In this document: positions 63,635 through 64,000 of the stretch, one piece after another
Numbering within the stretch: the first letter of the stretch is position 1
Layout: each line of letters starts with the position of its first letter
Origin: Pecten maximus
Taxonomy: Eukaryota
Direction of reading: 5' to 3'
NCBI RefSeq assembly: GCF_902652985.1
Contig: NC_047024.1
Span: forward strand, 37,386,001 to 37,450,000
Length of the DNA: 64,000 nt
Made by a program: the position numbers and the translations under genes
The notes under the pieces: model-generated
Databases searched by the model: none
What the model was told of the DNA's origin: nothing
Seen by the model: the letters and a program-made list of their open reading frames with translations, nothing else

Positions 63635-64000
63635 GTAATTACACTTACTTTGATGTTACCGCTGGGTCATTTTTATGTTTGCAGTTTCAAAATTATTTGG
63701 GGAATAAATCAAATTGATGAATTGCTTCAAAGGAAAGACTTGATTTTAGAAAATTGATTTCAGCACTAATCACTTTAAACAGGATGTTGACTGATAAGGT
63801 GGTCTCTTAAGACAATTAAACACGACTTAATTGTATATACAATCTGTATATGTATATCATTTGTACATATTAATATAAGGATTGTACTGTAATTATATTG
63901 CATTCATACCACCATAAATACATTAAAAATGCAGTTCAATCACTTTTTATAAGACATGTAAGTTGCTATTAAGAGGAGTATTTAGTGAGGTATATGAAAC

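Overview
AT-rich, intron-containing eukaryotic DNA, most likely a bivalve mollusc. That assignment is inferred from the Pearl/CvA-type elements, the SINE families and the gene content. Three + strand genes can be assembled by hand from GT-AG sites with consistent reading phase. (1) Nucleoporin Nup62: 9 coding exons, 3014-11473, 530 aa; most of its low-complexity region is GLTLGG repeats rather than FxFG. (2) An LRR-containing GPCR of the GRL101/RXFP (LGR) type: 21237-27757, about 824 aa, with a signal peptide, an RVKR furin-type site, a 24-nt microexon, about 14-15 LRRs in one exon and no visible LDLa module. (3) The 5' part of an atypical soluble guanylate cyclase (H-NOX plus start of PAS/HNOBA, from 61601, running off the window) with the distal Tyr of O2-binding Gyc-88E/89D-type enzymes. 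The rest is decayed mobile DNA (HERO-like RLE LINE, mariner, Tc1, Harbinger, Penelope-like and LINE 3' fragments, SINEs, Pearl/HINE elements, hairpin elements) and more than a dozen minisatellites, seven of them between 49.8 and 61.1 kb. There is no CRISPR or prokaryotic system. The best novelty candidates are a ~150-175 bp TG...CA-bounded repeat with an internal tRNA-like Pol III promoter, the LDLa-less pro-peptide LGR, and the Leu-substituted Nup62 repeats.
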